A stretch of DNA of 64,000 bases from Ranitomeya imitator (Eukaryota), in NCBI RefSeq assembly GCF_032444005.1, contig NC_091289.1, forward strand, positions 9,176,001 through 9,240,000. Direction: 5' to 3'. How positions within the stretch are numbered: position 1 is the first letter of the stretch; each line of letters begins with the position of its first letter. The translations under genes were made by a program, and so were the position numbers. Shown here piece after piece: positions 1 to 14,166 of this stretch. The notes under the pieces were generated by a model. The model made no database searches, was not told the origin of the DNA, and saw only the letters and a list, made by a program, of their open reading frames with translations.

Positions 1-285
1 ACAGGATGTAACTCAGGATCAGTAATGTAATGTATGTACACAGTGACTGCACCAGCAGAATAGTGAGCGCAGCTCTGGGGTATAATACAGGAGGTAACTC
101 AGGATCAGTAATGTAATGTATGTACACAGTGACTGCACCAGCAGAATAGTGAGCGCAGCTCTGGGGTATAATACAGGAGGTAACTCAGGATCAGTAATGT
201 AATGTATGTACACAGTGACTGCACCAGCAGAATAGTGAGTGCAGCTCTGGGGTATAATACAGGATGTAACTCAGGATCAGTAGTA
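1..285. repeat. 86-bp satellite (copy cluster 1), CAND2 intron
   Basis: Tandem unit gtgactgcaccagcagaatagtgagtgcagctctggggtataatacaggatgtaactcaggatcagtaatgtaatgtatgtacaca; source of the [11 protein letters not shown] pseudo-ORFs. Confidence 0.9.
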
Positions 286-326
286 TAATGCATATTATCA
301 ATTAATTTCTTATGGTTTTCCTGCAG

Positions 327-3300
327 GCTCTACTTTAGCCGCCAATGTGTGCAGGAAGATCACAGGACAACTGACCGGAGCTATAGGAAAGCGGGATGAT
401 GCTGCGGTGCAGCTGGAGGCTCTTGATATATTGTCGGACATGTTGGGAAGGTGAGATGATTCTTTATAGGAAGTTTATTTTTGTTACCAACATAATAATG
501 CTGCACTCTATAGCGCTGTAGCATGACAACATGAAATATATAAATATGATTCGCATTACTGCACTGGAAGATATGAAAAATTGAGAATACTTATCTCATA
601 CTTTCTCAATTTTTCATATTTTCTAGTGCAGTAATGTGATTCATATTCCATATATTTCACGTTGTCATGCTATAGCGCTACAGAGTACAGCATTATTTTG
701 TTAGTTACATATGGCGATGGCTGCTCTTAGTAAGCTCCTGTACACACCTGATTTCGGTTTGCAGGTGACGGTCAGTCTTTTGATATTTGAGTGTATTTTT
801 GTTGTGGCTCCATCTCATCTCCTCTATGCCCCCAGCAGATTGGGAGGAGCGCTCTACTCCTTCCACCCCTCCATCCTCAGCTGTCTTCTGCCCCAGCTCA
901 CCAGTCCTCGTCTTGCAGTGAGGAAGAGAGCGGTGCTGGCGCTGGGGCACCTGGTGCAAACCTGCAATGGAAACCTGTTCACAGAACTGCTGGAACATCT
1001 GGTGGCCGAAATGAAAAAGAACGAATCCACATCCACCACTAGAACGTATATTCAGTGTGTGGCCGCTGTCAGCATGCAGGCCGGACACAGACTGGGTAAG
1101 GAAGGCGGCACGATGCCAATGCATATTATAGGAACATTATCATTTATTACCTCCTCATCCCATCTGTCCTTTCTCCAGGGCCACATCTAGAGAGAATAGT
1201 GCCCCTAGTGGTGGGGTTCTGTAAAGTGGAAGATGATGAGCTGCAAGAGCAGTGTTTCCAGGCTCTGGACTCCTTCATCAGACGCTGCCCCAAAGAAATA
1301 TCACCTTATGTCCCCACAGTCATGGATTTATGTCTGAAGTATATTTCTTATGACCCTAACTACAACTATGATAGTGAAGAGGAAGAGGAGACGATGGAGA
1401 CAGAAAGTGAAGAAGAACCAGGTATGACCCTCAAATACTGCCCCTATGTACAAACATATAACTACTACAATACTGGCCCCCATGTACAAGAATATAACTA
1501 CTATAATACTGCCCCCTATGTACAAGAATATAACAACTATAATACTGCCCCCTATGTACAAGAATATAACTACTATAATACTGCTCCTATGTACAAGAAT
1601 ATAACTACTATAATACTGCTCCTATGTACAAGAATATAACAACTATAATACTGCCCCCTATGTACAAGAATATAACTACTATAATACTGCTCCTATGTAC
1701 AAGAATATAACTACTATAATACTGCTCCTATGTACAAGAATATAACTACTATAATACTGCCCCCTATGTACAAGAATATAACTACTATAATACTGCTCCT
1801 ATGTACAAGAATATAACTACTATAATACTGCTCCTATGTACAAGAATATAACTACTATAATACTGCCCCCTATGTACAAGAATATAACTACTATAATACT
1901 GCCCCTATGTACAAGAATATAACTACTATAATACTGCTCCTATGTACAAGAATATAACTACTATAATACTGCTCCTATGTACGAGAACATAACTACTATA
2001 ATACTGCTCCTATGTACAAGAATATAACTACTATAATACTGCCCCTATGTACAAGAATATAACTACTATAATACTACTCCTATGTACAAGAATATAACTA
2101 CTATAATACTGCCCCCTATGTACAAGAATATAACTACTATAATACTGCTCCTATGTACAAGAATATAACTACTATAATACTGCTCCTATGTACAAGAATA
2201 TAACTACTATAATACTGCTCCTATGTACGAGAACATAACTACTATAATACTGCTCCTATGTACAAGAATATAACTACTATAATACTGCCCCTATGTACAA
2301 GAATATAACTACTATAATACTACTCCTATGTACAAGAATATAACTACTATAATACTGCCCCTATGTACAAGAATATAACTACTATAATACTACTCCTATG
2401 TACAAGAATATAACTACTATAATACTGCTCCTATGTACAAGAATATAACTACTATAATACTGCCCCATATACAAGAATATAATACTATAATACCGCCCCT
2501 ATGTACAAGAATATAACTACTATAATACCGCTCCTATGTACAAGAATATAACTACTATAATACTGTCCCCCTATGTACAAGAATATAACTACTATAATAC
2601 TGTCCCCTATGTACAAGAATATAACTACTATAATACTGCCCCTATGTACAAGAATATAACTACTATAATACTGCCCCTATGTTCAAGAATATAACTACTA
2701 TAATACCGCCCCTATGTACAAGAATATAACTACTATAATACCGCCCCTATGTACAAGAATATAACTACTATAATACTGCCCCTATGTACAAGAATATAAC
2801 TACTATAATACTGCTCCTATGTACAAGAATATAACTGCTATAATACTGCTCCTATGTACAAGAATATAACTACTATAATACTGCTCCCTATGTACAAGAA
2901 TATAACTACTATAATACTGCTCCTATATACAAGAATATCTTCTATAATACTGCCCCTATGTACAAGAATATGACTACTGTAATACTACCCCTATGTATGA
3001 GAATATAACTGCTATAATACTGCCCCTATGTACAGTAGAATATAACTGCTATAATACTGCCCCTATGTACAGTAGAATATAACTGCTATAATACTGCCCC
3101 TATGTACAGTAGAATATAACTGCTATAATACTGCCCCTATGTACAGTAGAATATAACTGCTATACTACTGCCCCTATGTACAGTAGAATATAACTGCTAT
3201 AATACTGCCCCTATGTATGAGAATATAACTACTATAATACTGCTCCAATGTACAAGAATATAACTACTATAATACTTCCCCTATGTATGAGAATATAACT

Positions 3301-6300
3301 GCTATAATACTGCTCCTATGTACAAGAATATAACTACTATAATACTGCTCCTATGTATGAGAATATAACTGCTATAATACTGCTCCTATGTACAAGAATA
3401 TAACTACTATAATACTGCCCCTATGTATGAGAATATAACTGCTATAATACTGCTCCTATGTACAAGAATATAGCTACTATAATACTGCCCCTATGTACAG
3501 TAGAATATAACTGCTATAATACTGTCCCTATGTACAGTAGAATATAACTGCTATAATACTGCCCCTATGTATGAGAATATAACTACTATAATACTGCCCC
3601 TATGTATGAGAATATAACTGCTATAATACTGCCCCTATGTACAGTAGAATATAAACATTGCTGTTGGTTTTGTGTCTCTAGAGAGTGATGAAGAATACAG
3701 CGATGATGATGATATGAGCTGGAAAGTCAGGCGTTCAGCTGCTAAGTGCCTGGAGACTCTGATCACCGCCAGACCCGATCTTTTATCAGAATTTTATAGG
3801 TCAGCGGCTCCAGCGATCATTTCACGATTTAAGGAAAGAGAGGAGAACGTGAAGGCGGACATGTTCTCTGCGTACATCTCGATGCTCAGGCAGACTCGCT
3901 GCTCTCACAGCTGCAGACAGAATGTGGAGGCCTCAGATAAGGGGGACAGTCCTCTTAGCGCTCTGCAGAAACAGGTGACCAAAGTCGGGAGGCAAAGAGC
4001 CTTCTAAATGCCAATGCTTGTTGGTCACCACCTTGGTCTCCTTCCTTCCTAGGTTCCATCGGTTATGAAGTCTCTCCAGAAACTGCTCAGGGATAAGAGC
4101 TTCAAGTCTCGTCAGGGATGCTTTGCAGTTCTTACAGAGCTGACCGCTGCCCTTCCTGGCTGCCTCTCCCAGCATATCCCTGCATTGGTTCCAGGTAGGA
4201 CTCCATGATATCCATAGACAGCACTGGGTGGAGAAGTCTTCTTGTAGTGGCCATATGTGTTTCCACCGATAGGTCTCGCCTTCTCCTTGACGGACAAAGG
4301 CAGCAGCTCCAACATGCGCCTGGATACGCTGATGTTCCTTCACGTCATCCTCAACTGTCATCCCCCCGAATGCTTCCAGCCTCACCTTCCAGCCCTCTTA
4401 CCTCCGGTGGTCGCCTGTATTTCTGACACCTTCTACAAGATCACCTCGGAAGCCCTGCTGGTGGCTCAACAGTTGGTAAAAGTGATCCGACCGCTGGACC
4501 AGGCCAAGATCCCCGAGCCTTCGCCCTATACCAAAGAGCTATTCAGCGCCACATTGAAAAGATTGCAGGCGACAGATATTGACCAGGAGGTGAAGGAGAG
4601 GGCTTTGTCTTGCATGGGTCATCTCATAAGCCATCTTGGAGACCAACTGGGGAATGATCTCCCATCCACTCTCCTACTCATTCTTGAACGTCTCCGCAAT
4701 GAAATCACGAGACTGACGGCGGTGAGGGTTCTCACCCTCATTGCAGGATCTCCTCTCAAGATTGACCTGCGGCCTTTGCTGAAGGACGCACTGCCGATTC
4801 TGGCGTCCTTCCTACGTAAGAACCAGCGAGCCCTCAGGCTAGGAACAGTATCGGCCCTTGAGGTGTTAGTCAGGAACTACAATGACTGTTTGAAGCCCGC
4901 CATGTTGGAGCCCGTGTTGGAGGAGCTTCCGTCTCTTCTGGTGGAATCGGACATGCATTTGGCTCAAGTGTCTGTAGACTTTCTCACCACCTTGGTATCT
5001 GCACATCCGGCTTCTCTTCCCAAACTTAGTTCCCGCATCCTTCCCCAATTGTTCCAGCTGGTGCACTCGGCTCTCCTCCAAGGAGGCGCCTTGGCGTCCA
5101 TTCTTTCCTTCTTGCAGGCGCTGGTCATGAGCCACACAGCTCACCTTGGATATGCCGATCTTCTCAAACAACTCACCGGTCCTGTCCAGTCCACTGGGCC
5201 CACCCTTCACAAACAGGCCTTCCATTCCGTGGCCAAGTGCGTGGCCACTTTGGCCAGTGCCTGCCCTAAGGAATCCAATGCTTCCATTACCCAATTCATA
5301 CAAGATGCCAAAAATCCCCGTGTTGGAGACCCAGTGAAGGTGTTGGCGTTCTTGACACTGGCAGAAATTGGGCGCAAGCGGAGCCTTGGCAGCCAGCAGA
5401 AGGAGCTAAAGACTGTGATCCTCGAGGCTTTTGCGTCTCCCAGCGAGGAGGTGAAATCTGCAGCATCGTATGCCCTTGGCAATGCCTGTGTGGGCAGCCC
5501 TGCAGATTTCCTGCCCTTCCTGTTACATGAAATTGGAGGTCAGCTCAGAAGGCAGTATCTGCTCCTCCACTCTCTTAAAGAAGCGCTTACATGCCTACCC
5601 AGCGAGGAGCTGCGACCGTACCAGGAAGATGTCTGGAAACTGCTGCTGGAGCACTGCGAGGCTGCAGAGGAAGGCACCAGGAACGTGGTGGCCGAATGTG
5701 TGGGAAAACTGACCCTTGTGAACCCAGAACAACTCCTGCCGCGGCTGTGCAAACAGCTGAGCTCAGGTGATTTATACAGCGACCACTAGGGGGAGTTCAC
5801 TACATATTTATATGGCCACCACTAGGGGGAGCTCACTACATACAAATTTATACAGCAACCACTAGGGGGAGCTCACTACATTCAGATTTATACAGCCACC
5901 ACTAGAGGGAGCTCACTATATACAGATTTATACAGCCACCACTAGGGGGAGCACACTACATACAGACTTATACAGTCACCACTAGAGGGAGCTCACTACA
6001 TACAGATTTATACAGCCACCACTAGGGGGAGCACACTACATACAGACTTATACAGTCACCACTAGAGGGAGCTCACTACATACAGATTTATACAGCCACC
6101 ACTAGAAGGAGCTCACTATATACAGATTTATACAGCCACCACTAGAGGGAGCTCACTACATACAGACTTATACAGTCACCACTAGGGGGAGATCACTACA
6201 TACAGATTTATACAGCCACCACTAGGGGGAGATCACTACATACAGATTTATACAGCCACCACTAGAGGGAGCTCACTACATACAGATTTATACAGCCACC

Positions 6301-9300
6301 ACTAGGGGGAGCACACTACATACAGACTTATACAGTCACCACTAGAGGGAGCTCACTACATACAGATTTATACAGCCACCACTAGGGGGAGATCACTACA
6401 TACAGATTTATACAGCCACCACTAGGGGGAGCACACTACATACAGACTTATACAGTCACCACTAGAGGGAGCTCACTACATACAGACTTATACAGTCACC
6501 ACTAGAGGGAGCTCACTACATACAGATTTATACAGCCACCACTAGGGGGAGCACACTACATACAGACTTATACAGTCACCACTAGAGGGAGCTCACTACA
6601 TACAGATTTATACAGCCACCACTAGGGGGAGATCACTACATACAGATTTATACAGCCACCACTAGGGGGAGATCACTACATACAGATTTATACAGCCACC
6701 ACTAGGGGGAGCACACTACATACAGACTTATACAGTCACCACTAGAGGGAGCTCACTACATACAGATTTATACAGCCACCACTAGGGGGAGCTCACTACA
6801 TTCAGATTTATACAGCCACCACTAGAAGGAGCTCACTATATACAGATTTATACAGCCACCACTAGAGGGAGCTCACTACATACAGACTTATACAGTCACC
6901 ACTAGGGGGAGATCACTACATACAGATTTATACAGCCACCACTAGAAGGAGCTCACTATATACAGATTTATACAGCCACCACTAGAGGGAGCTCACTACA
7001 TACAGACTTATACAGTCACCACTAGGGGGAGATCACTACATACAGATTTATACAGCCCCCACTAGGGGGAGCTCACTATATACAGACTTATACAGTCACC
7101 ACTAGGGGGAGTTCACTACAGATTTATACAGCCACCACATACAGACTTATACAGTCACCACTAGGGGGAGCTCACTACATACAAATTTATACAGCAACCA
7201 CTAGGGGGAGCTCACTACATTCAGATTTATACAGCCACCACTAGAAGGAGCTCACTATATACAGATTTATACAGCCCCCACTAGGGGGAGCTCACTACAT
7301 ACAGACTTATACAGTCACCACTAGGGGGAGTTCACTACAGATTTATACAGCCACCACATACAGACTTATACAGTCACCACTAGGGGGAGCTCACTATATA
7401 CAGATTTATACAGCCACCACTAGGGGGAGCACACTACATTCACATATATACAGCCACCACTAGGGAGAGTTCACTACATACAGACTTATAGTCACCACTA
7501 GGGGGAGTTCACTAGATTTATACAGCCACCACTAGGTGGAGCTCGCTACATACAGATTTATACAGTCACTACTAGGAGGAGCTCACTACATACAGATCTA
7601 TACAGTCACCACTGGGCGGAGCTCACTACGTAGATTTATATACAGCCACCAGTAGAGGGAGCTCACTACATACAGATTTATACAGCCATTATTAGAGGGA
7701 GTGCACTACATATTTTTACAGCCACCACTAGGGGGAGTTCACTAAATATTTATACAGTACCAACCGGGGGAGATCACTACATATTTCTAGTCACCACTAG
7801 GGGGAGCGACATGCAGATGTAAAGAGATCTTGTTGGACTCAATATTAAACACTTGTGTGTTCCTAAGCTTTTGCAGTTCCCTTAGGCTACGTTCACATTT
7901 GCGTTGTGCGATGTTGCGTCGGAGACACAACGCAAACAAAAACGCAACAAAACGCACGCTAAAACGCAGCGTTTTGCGACGCATGCGTCCTTTTTTGCCG
8001 AATTGACGCAAAAAAAATGCAACTTGCTGCGTCCTCTGCGCCCTACGCTTGGGGCAGAAAAAACGCATGCATCGCAAAACGCAGCAGAACGCATGTCTAT
8101 GCGCCCCCCATGTTAAATATAGGGGCGCATGACGCATGCGTCGCCGCGGCTGCGTCCGACGCAGCCCGGCAGAACGCAAATGTGAACGTAGCCTTACTGG
8201 TGTGATTTACAAGATCAGCATCCACATGACAGGCCCTCCATGCAGATGCGCCGTGTATCTTTTCATCACTTGTTCCCCGATTCGCAGGTTCCCCGTACAC
8301 TCGCAGCACAGTTGTCACCGCTATCAAATTCACCATATCTGACCAGCCGGCTCCCATTGACCCCCTCCTGAAGAATTGCATCGGTAAGGGCTGACACAAG
8401 ACTGACACCTAGTGGTCACCAACCTGCATTACAAGTGTGAACGGAAAACGTAAAGACGACCTGAACTAAAATAGTTTTACCTGCATTTTATTCACAGGCG
8501 ATTTCTTAAAACCCCTCCAGGACTCGGAGCCCAATGTCCGTCGCGTCACTCTGGTCATGTTTAATTCAGCTGCTCACAACAAACCGTCTCTGGTGCGGAA
8601 ACTTCTGAGCAGAGTCCTTCCGCCTGTGTACGAAGAGACCAAAGTACGGAAAGAACTGATCCGTGAGGTGAGGAGACAGTATCAGACTAGCAGTGCAACT
8701 ATCAATGCTCTAAGGGATGATTCTTAACAGCGCCACACCTGTCCTCAGGCTGGGTGTGGTACTGCAGCTCTTCACATCTTTCCATCATTTAATTCATGTG
8801 TTTACGACCTACTGATATTTGTCCGTCTGTGTACCGGGACCCCCCACGGTCAGTGAAAACACTGCTGCAAAATGGGCAGCGCTTGCAGGAGCGTGCAAGG
8901 ACGCATGGACACCACTCTGTGCCGGCCGCTGCGCACTTCAGAATGGTGGGGGGTCCCAGTCCTCAAACCACCACTTAACAGCACATTGTAGCCCCTTTAA
9001 TATAAAAAAAATGTAATTTAATAAGTAACTGCAAGGTATTCGCTGATCTTTGCCGGTATTTTCATGGCAGGTGGAGATGGGCCCATTCAAGCACACGGTG
9101 GACGACGGCCTGGATGTCCGGAAGGCGGCGTTCGAGTGCATGTACACGCTGCTGGAGAGCTGCCTGGACCAGCTGGACATCTACGAATATCTGAACCACG
9201 TGGAGGACGGACTGAAAGATCACTACGACATTAGGGTAACTGAGCCGCGGCTTCCATACAGCCCAGAAATCATCCGACATGACCCGTGAAGGGCGACTTG

Positions 9301-9858
9301 TCTGCACCACGAAAGCCTTCTCGGCCCATCACTCTACTTGTTTTGCAGATGCTCACCTTCATCATCCTCACCCGTTTGGCTACTCTGTGCCCCAGTGCCG
9401 TTCTGCAGCGCCTGGACCAGCTCATCGAACCCCTTAGAGCCACGTGCACCACCAAGGTATGGCCACTGGTAATAACCAGTCCAGGAGTGCGCGTGGAGAC
9501 TGGATACATGTCCAGAGATTTTCTCAGCATAGATGGAGTGTAGACCCCTGATGTGATGTAACCGGGGCAGAACAGTCAGCCCGATCATTGTCCCTCCTAA
9601 TGATACATAATATTGTCCTTCTGCTCGCAGGTAAAGGCTGGCTCCGTGAAGCAGGAGTTCGAGAAGCAGGATGAGCTGAAGCGCTCGGCTATGAGAACCA
9701 TCACTGCGCTGCTCACAATCCCGGAGGTGGAGACCAGTCACAGCATGGCCGAGTTCCTGATGCAGATCAGAGCCAACCCCGAGCTCTCGTCCCTGATGGA
9801 GAACATCCAGAAAGACTCGGTGACCGCCTGCAGCACGGAGATGATGGACATCAGCTAA
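327..9858 (+). CDS. CAND2: Cullin-associated NEDD8-dissociated protein 2 (HEAT-repeat), 5'-partial, spliced
   Basis: Phase-consistent GT-AG exons: 327-450, 839-1095, 1179-1421, 3682-3974, 4053-4194, 4273-5766 (1494 nt), 8288-8383, 8498-8667, 9071-9235, 9349-9456, 9631-9858 (TAA). Peptides include [58 protein letters not shown] and [24 protein letters not shown]2 rather than CAND1 is supported by DIRM/RLAT/LIEP/KAGS/IPEV residues and by adjacency to RPL32. AATAAA at 10008-10013. Confidence 0.93.
1434..3655. repeat. 35-bp minisatellite, ~60 copies, CAND2 intron
   Basis: Unit aatactgcccctatgtacaagaatataactactat; begins about 12 nt after the donor at 1422. Confidence 0.95.
5770..7806. repeat. 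40-bp minisatellite, ~50 copies, each with a CTCF-like motif
   Basis: Unit actagggggagctcactacatacagatttatacagccacc; starts 3 nt after the donor at 5767. Confidence 0.95.
7885..8193. mobile_element. PIF/Harbinger-type MITE
   Basis: TIRs GGCTACGTTCACATTTGCGTT / AACGCAAATGTGAACGTAGCC with a TTA/TTA 3-bp TSD. Confidence 0.85.
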
Positions 9859-10487
9859 GAGTCGGACAGCAGCTGCAGCGCAGAAAACCAACCCGACTCA
9901 CTGAATGCAGTGGCTACCAAGTGTGACCTCCGCCCAAGCCGAGGAGGCTGCCTCACTGCATCTAGAAGGGCTTCAAATAGGAAACCAAAGTGTAAGTTGT
10001 GTTCATAAATAAAATCCTAAAACCCGATTACAGAGGAAAAGTTATTATAGAGCAGAAAACTGAGGCTACCGGCAGCCATACTTTATACAATGAAGTGGAA
10101 GCAGGTGGTATGGACTGGGGGAGGGGAATGTGTCAGGAGGTATTGGGCCCCATCCCCTCGGATGCTGAACTACTCAGAACAGGGTCACTTATGTATGTAA
10201 AGTCCCTTTAAAGGAGGCTCCAGTGCTGCTGACTTCTGGATCAGGTGGTGAATGAGTCCACAAATGCAGGACGGGACCCATGGACGATACCTACCGGTTG
10301 CGCATACGATTTTGCAAGCGCCTAATAAGAAGTGAGCTGCGCTGAAAGCAATTCTTTACGTTCGTGGAACATGAGGCTCAGATACTTTGCCCTTTTATCA
10401 TTACTTTATCTAATCCAAAACCAAGACACAGACTAAAGTCCAAAACTCCCATTATGTTTATTAGCACAAATACTCGGAGCGATTGGT

Positions 10488-11735
<1,248 letters not shown>

Positions 11736-11783
11736 TTAGATCTTTACTGTCGGTATTTACGGTGACGATCGACGCCATTGCTG

Positions 11784-11918
11784 ACTTGTCGCAGACCAAC
11801 TTCCATAAACTGATATAAGGAACCAGCCATGGAATGGGTATCTGGCTGCAGTGCTCTGCCTCCATGTCCACACGCTGCAAGAGCACAGGCCGCCCCGCAG
11901 ACAAAAGGATGGAGACGC
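11784..11918 (-). ncRNA. SNORA7: H/ACA box snoRNA SNORA7 (ACA7) in RPL32 intron 1
   Basis: Two hairpins. Lower stem GTCTCCAT (11916-11909) pairs with ATGGAGGC (11865-11858); H box AGAGCA at 11857-11852; ACA box at 11789-11787, 3 nt from the 3' end and about 73 nt from the 3' splice site. The 3' pocket strands UACCCAUU and AAGUU are complementary to the conserved 28S segment CAAACUU-U-AAAUGGGUA. Host gene, intron position and sequence match recalled mammalian SNORA7A. Confidence 0.88.
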
Positions 11919-13144
11919 TTACTGTCCGCACGCTGCAAGAGCACAGGCCGCCCCGCAGACAAAAGGATGGAGGCGCTTACTGTCCGCACGCTGCAAGAGC
12001 ACAGGCTGCCCCGCAGACTAAAGGATGGAGGCGCTTACTGTCCGCACGCTGCAAGAGCACAGGCCGCCCCGCAGACTAAAGGATGGAGGCGCTTACTGTC
12101 CGCACGCTGCAAGAGCACAGGCTGCCCCGCAGACTAAAGGATGGAGGCGCTTACTGTCCGCACGCTGCAAGAGCACAGGCCGCCCCGCAGACTAAAGGAT
12201 GGAGGCGCTTACTGTCCGCACGCTGCAAGAGCACAGGCCGCCCCGCAGACAAAAGGATGGAGGCGCTTACTGTCCGCACGCTGCAAGAGCACAGGCCGCC
12301 CCGCAGACAAAAGGATGGAGGCGCTTACTGTCCGCACGCTGCAAGAGCACAGGCCGCCCCGCAGACAAAAGGATGGAAGCGCTTACTGTCCGCACGCTGC
12401 AAGAGCACAGGCTGCCCCGCAGACTAAAGGATGGAGGCGCTTACTGTCCGCACGCTGCAAGAGCACAGGCCGCCCCGCAGACTAAAGGATGGAGGCGCTT
12501 ACTGTCCGCACGCTGCAAGAGCACAGGCTGCCCCGCAGACTAAAGGATGGAGGCGCTTACTGTCCGCACGCTGCAAGAGCACAGGCCGCCCCGCAGACTA
12601 AAGGATGGAGGCGCTTACTGTCCGCACGCTGCAAGAGCACAGGCCGCCCCGCAGACAAAAGGATGGAGGCGCTTACTGTCTGCACGCTGCAAGAGCACAG
12701 GCCGCCCCGCAGACAAAAGGATGGAGGCGCTTACTGTCTGCATGCTGCAAGAGCACAGGCCGCCCCGCAGACAAAAGGATGGAGGCGCTTACTGTCTGCA
12801 TGCTGCAAGAGCACAGGCCGCCCCGCAGACAAAAGGATGGAGGCGCTTACTGTCTGCACGCTGCAAGAGCACAGGCCGCCCCGCACACAAAAGGATAGAG
12901 GCGCTTACTGTCCGCACGCTGCAAGAGCACAGGCCACCCCGCAGACAAAAGGATGGAGGCGCTTACTGTCCGCACGCTGCAAGAGCACAGGCTGCCCCGC
13001 AGACTAAAGGATGGAGACGCTTGCTGTCCGCACGCTGCAAGAGCACAGGCTGCCCCGCAGACAAAAGGATGGAGGCGCTTACTGTCCGCACGCTGCAAGA
13101 GCACAGGCCACAGACTAAAGGATGGAGGCGCTTACTGTCCGCAC
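11865..13144 (-). repeat. 58-bp tandem array (~22 copies) derived from the SNORA7 5' hairpin
   Basis: Plus-strand unit tgtccgcacgctgcaagagcacaggccgccccgcagacaaaaggatggaggcgcttac; the gene-proximal copy forms the snoRNA 5' hairpin. Confidence 0.95.
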
Positions 13145-14166
13145 TAACATACAACATGCCTGGTGGGCCGAGAGCTGGACCCTGCACTGATTACAGGCTC
13201 TCAGCTGCACTGTCAGGGTGAAGCAGCGGCAAACTGGGCCCCCTTCATTCTCAGGGAACCCTAGAGGTCAGGTTACCACCGTTCGTACCGTGATGCCACA
13301 TCCTTGCAACAAGATACCATCTTTTAAAAGGGGTATTCCTATCTAATAGTGATGAGTGAGCATGCTCGAGTGTTAACCCATCAGTATCTCCTTAAGCAGC
13401 TAAGTCATAGACCCTCCAAGTGACCAGTAAAATGTCCGCCATAACCCAGTATTGGTGACCAGTACGGCCGCCTCTTAGGCTGAATGCACCTGGCGCTTAT
13501 CACATGGGCTGGGAATATGGCGGTGTATATACACCAGGGGCCAGAACTGTGCCCCTTTGGCCGGTATACAGTATATACACATTCCTCCTCGGTATAGAAG
13601 AGCAGAGTCTTCTGTGCGACTCCATTGAGAAGTAATCTATAACACGCAGGGTACAATACACCATGGGGGTCTGCGGACATAAGAGCGAGTGAATGTGGCT
13701 GTACCCTATAGATGCAATAAGATGCAACGGCAGGAAAATAAAATCCTGAACTGACTGATCTACGGCGGCTCAGCAAAAATGTACAAAACTGAAGACGAGG
13801 ATCTCAGGTAACATCAGCGAGCCACCTCTTAGTGGGGCCCTAGCGGGTCAGGGATGACGTGATAAAGCACCAGCAGGTGGAGAGAGCCAGGCGCCCAATA
13901 GTAGCCATGCTGCAGGAGAAGGCCCCACAGGAACAATAGTCGCCTCCTCAGCAGGATACTGCAGGGGGGCTGCTCCTATATCGCTCTCAGCTTTCTAGTT
14001 TTTATCTCCTTTCACTTGGTGTTTCATGGCGGCCATTGTTGCTCTGCCTGTGGGGTGCTTTTCCATCCAGCATAGATGCTATGTGGGCACCCAGGCCGCT
14101 GCACTAGCTGATAGTGTCTTCTCAGCAGAGGTTGGCGCCGCACCATTAAGGGAAGGGACCCACTAA

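Noticed and set aside
327-9858. Calling the gene CAND1
   Set aside because: C-terminal diagnostic residues and RPL32 adjacency favour CAND2.
11895-11910. Retargeting of the 5' pocket to 28S CAGAAAAGG
   Set aside because: Short match only, and no suitably placed U with matching upstream GUCC context in the recalled rRNA sequence.
11829-13221. MEALTVRTLQEH... repeat ORFs
   Set aside because: Antisense translations of the 58-bp snoRNA-derived array; the frame shifts with each unit.
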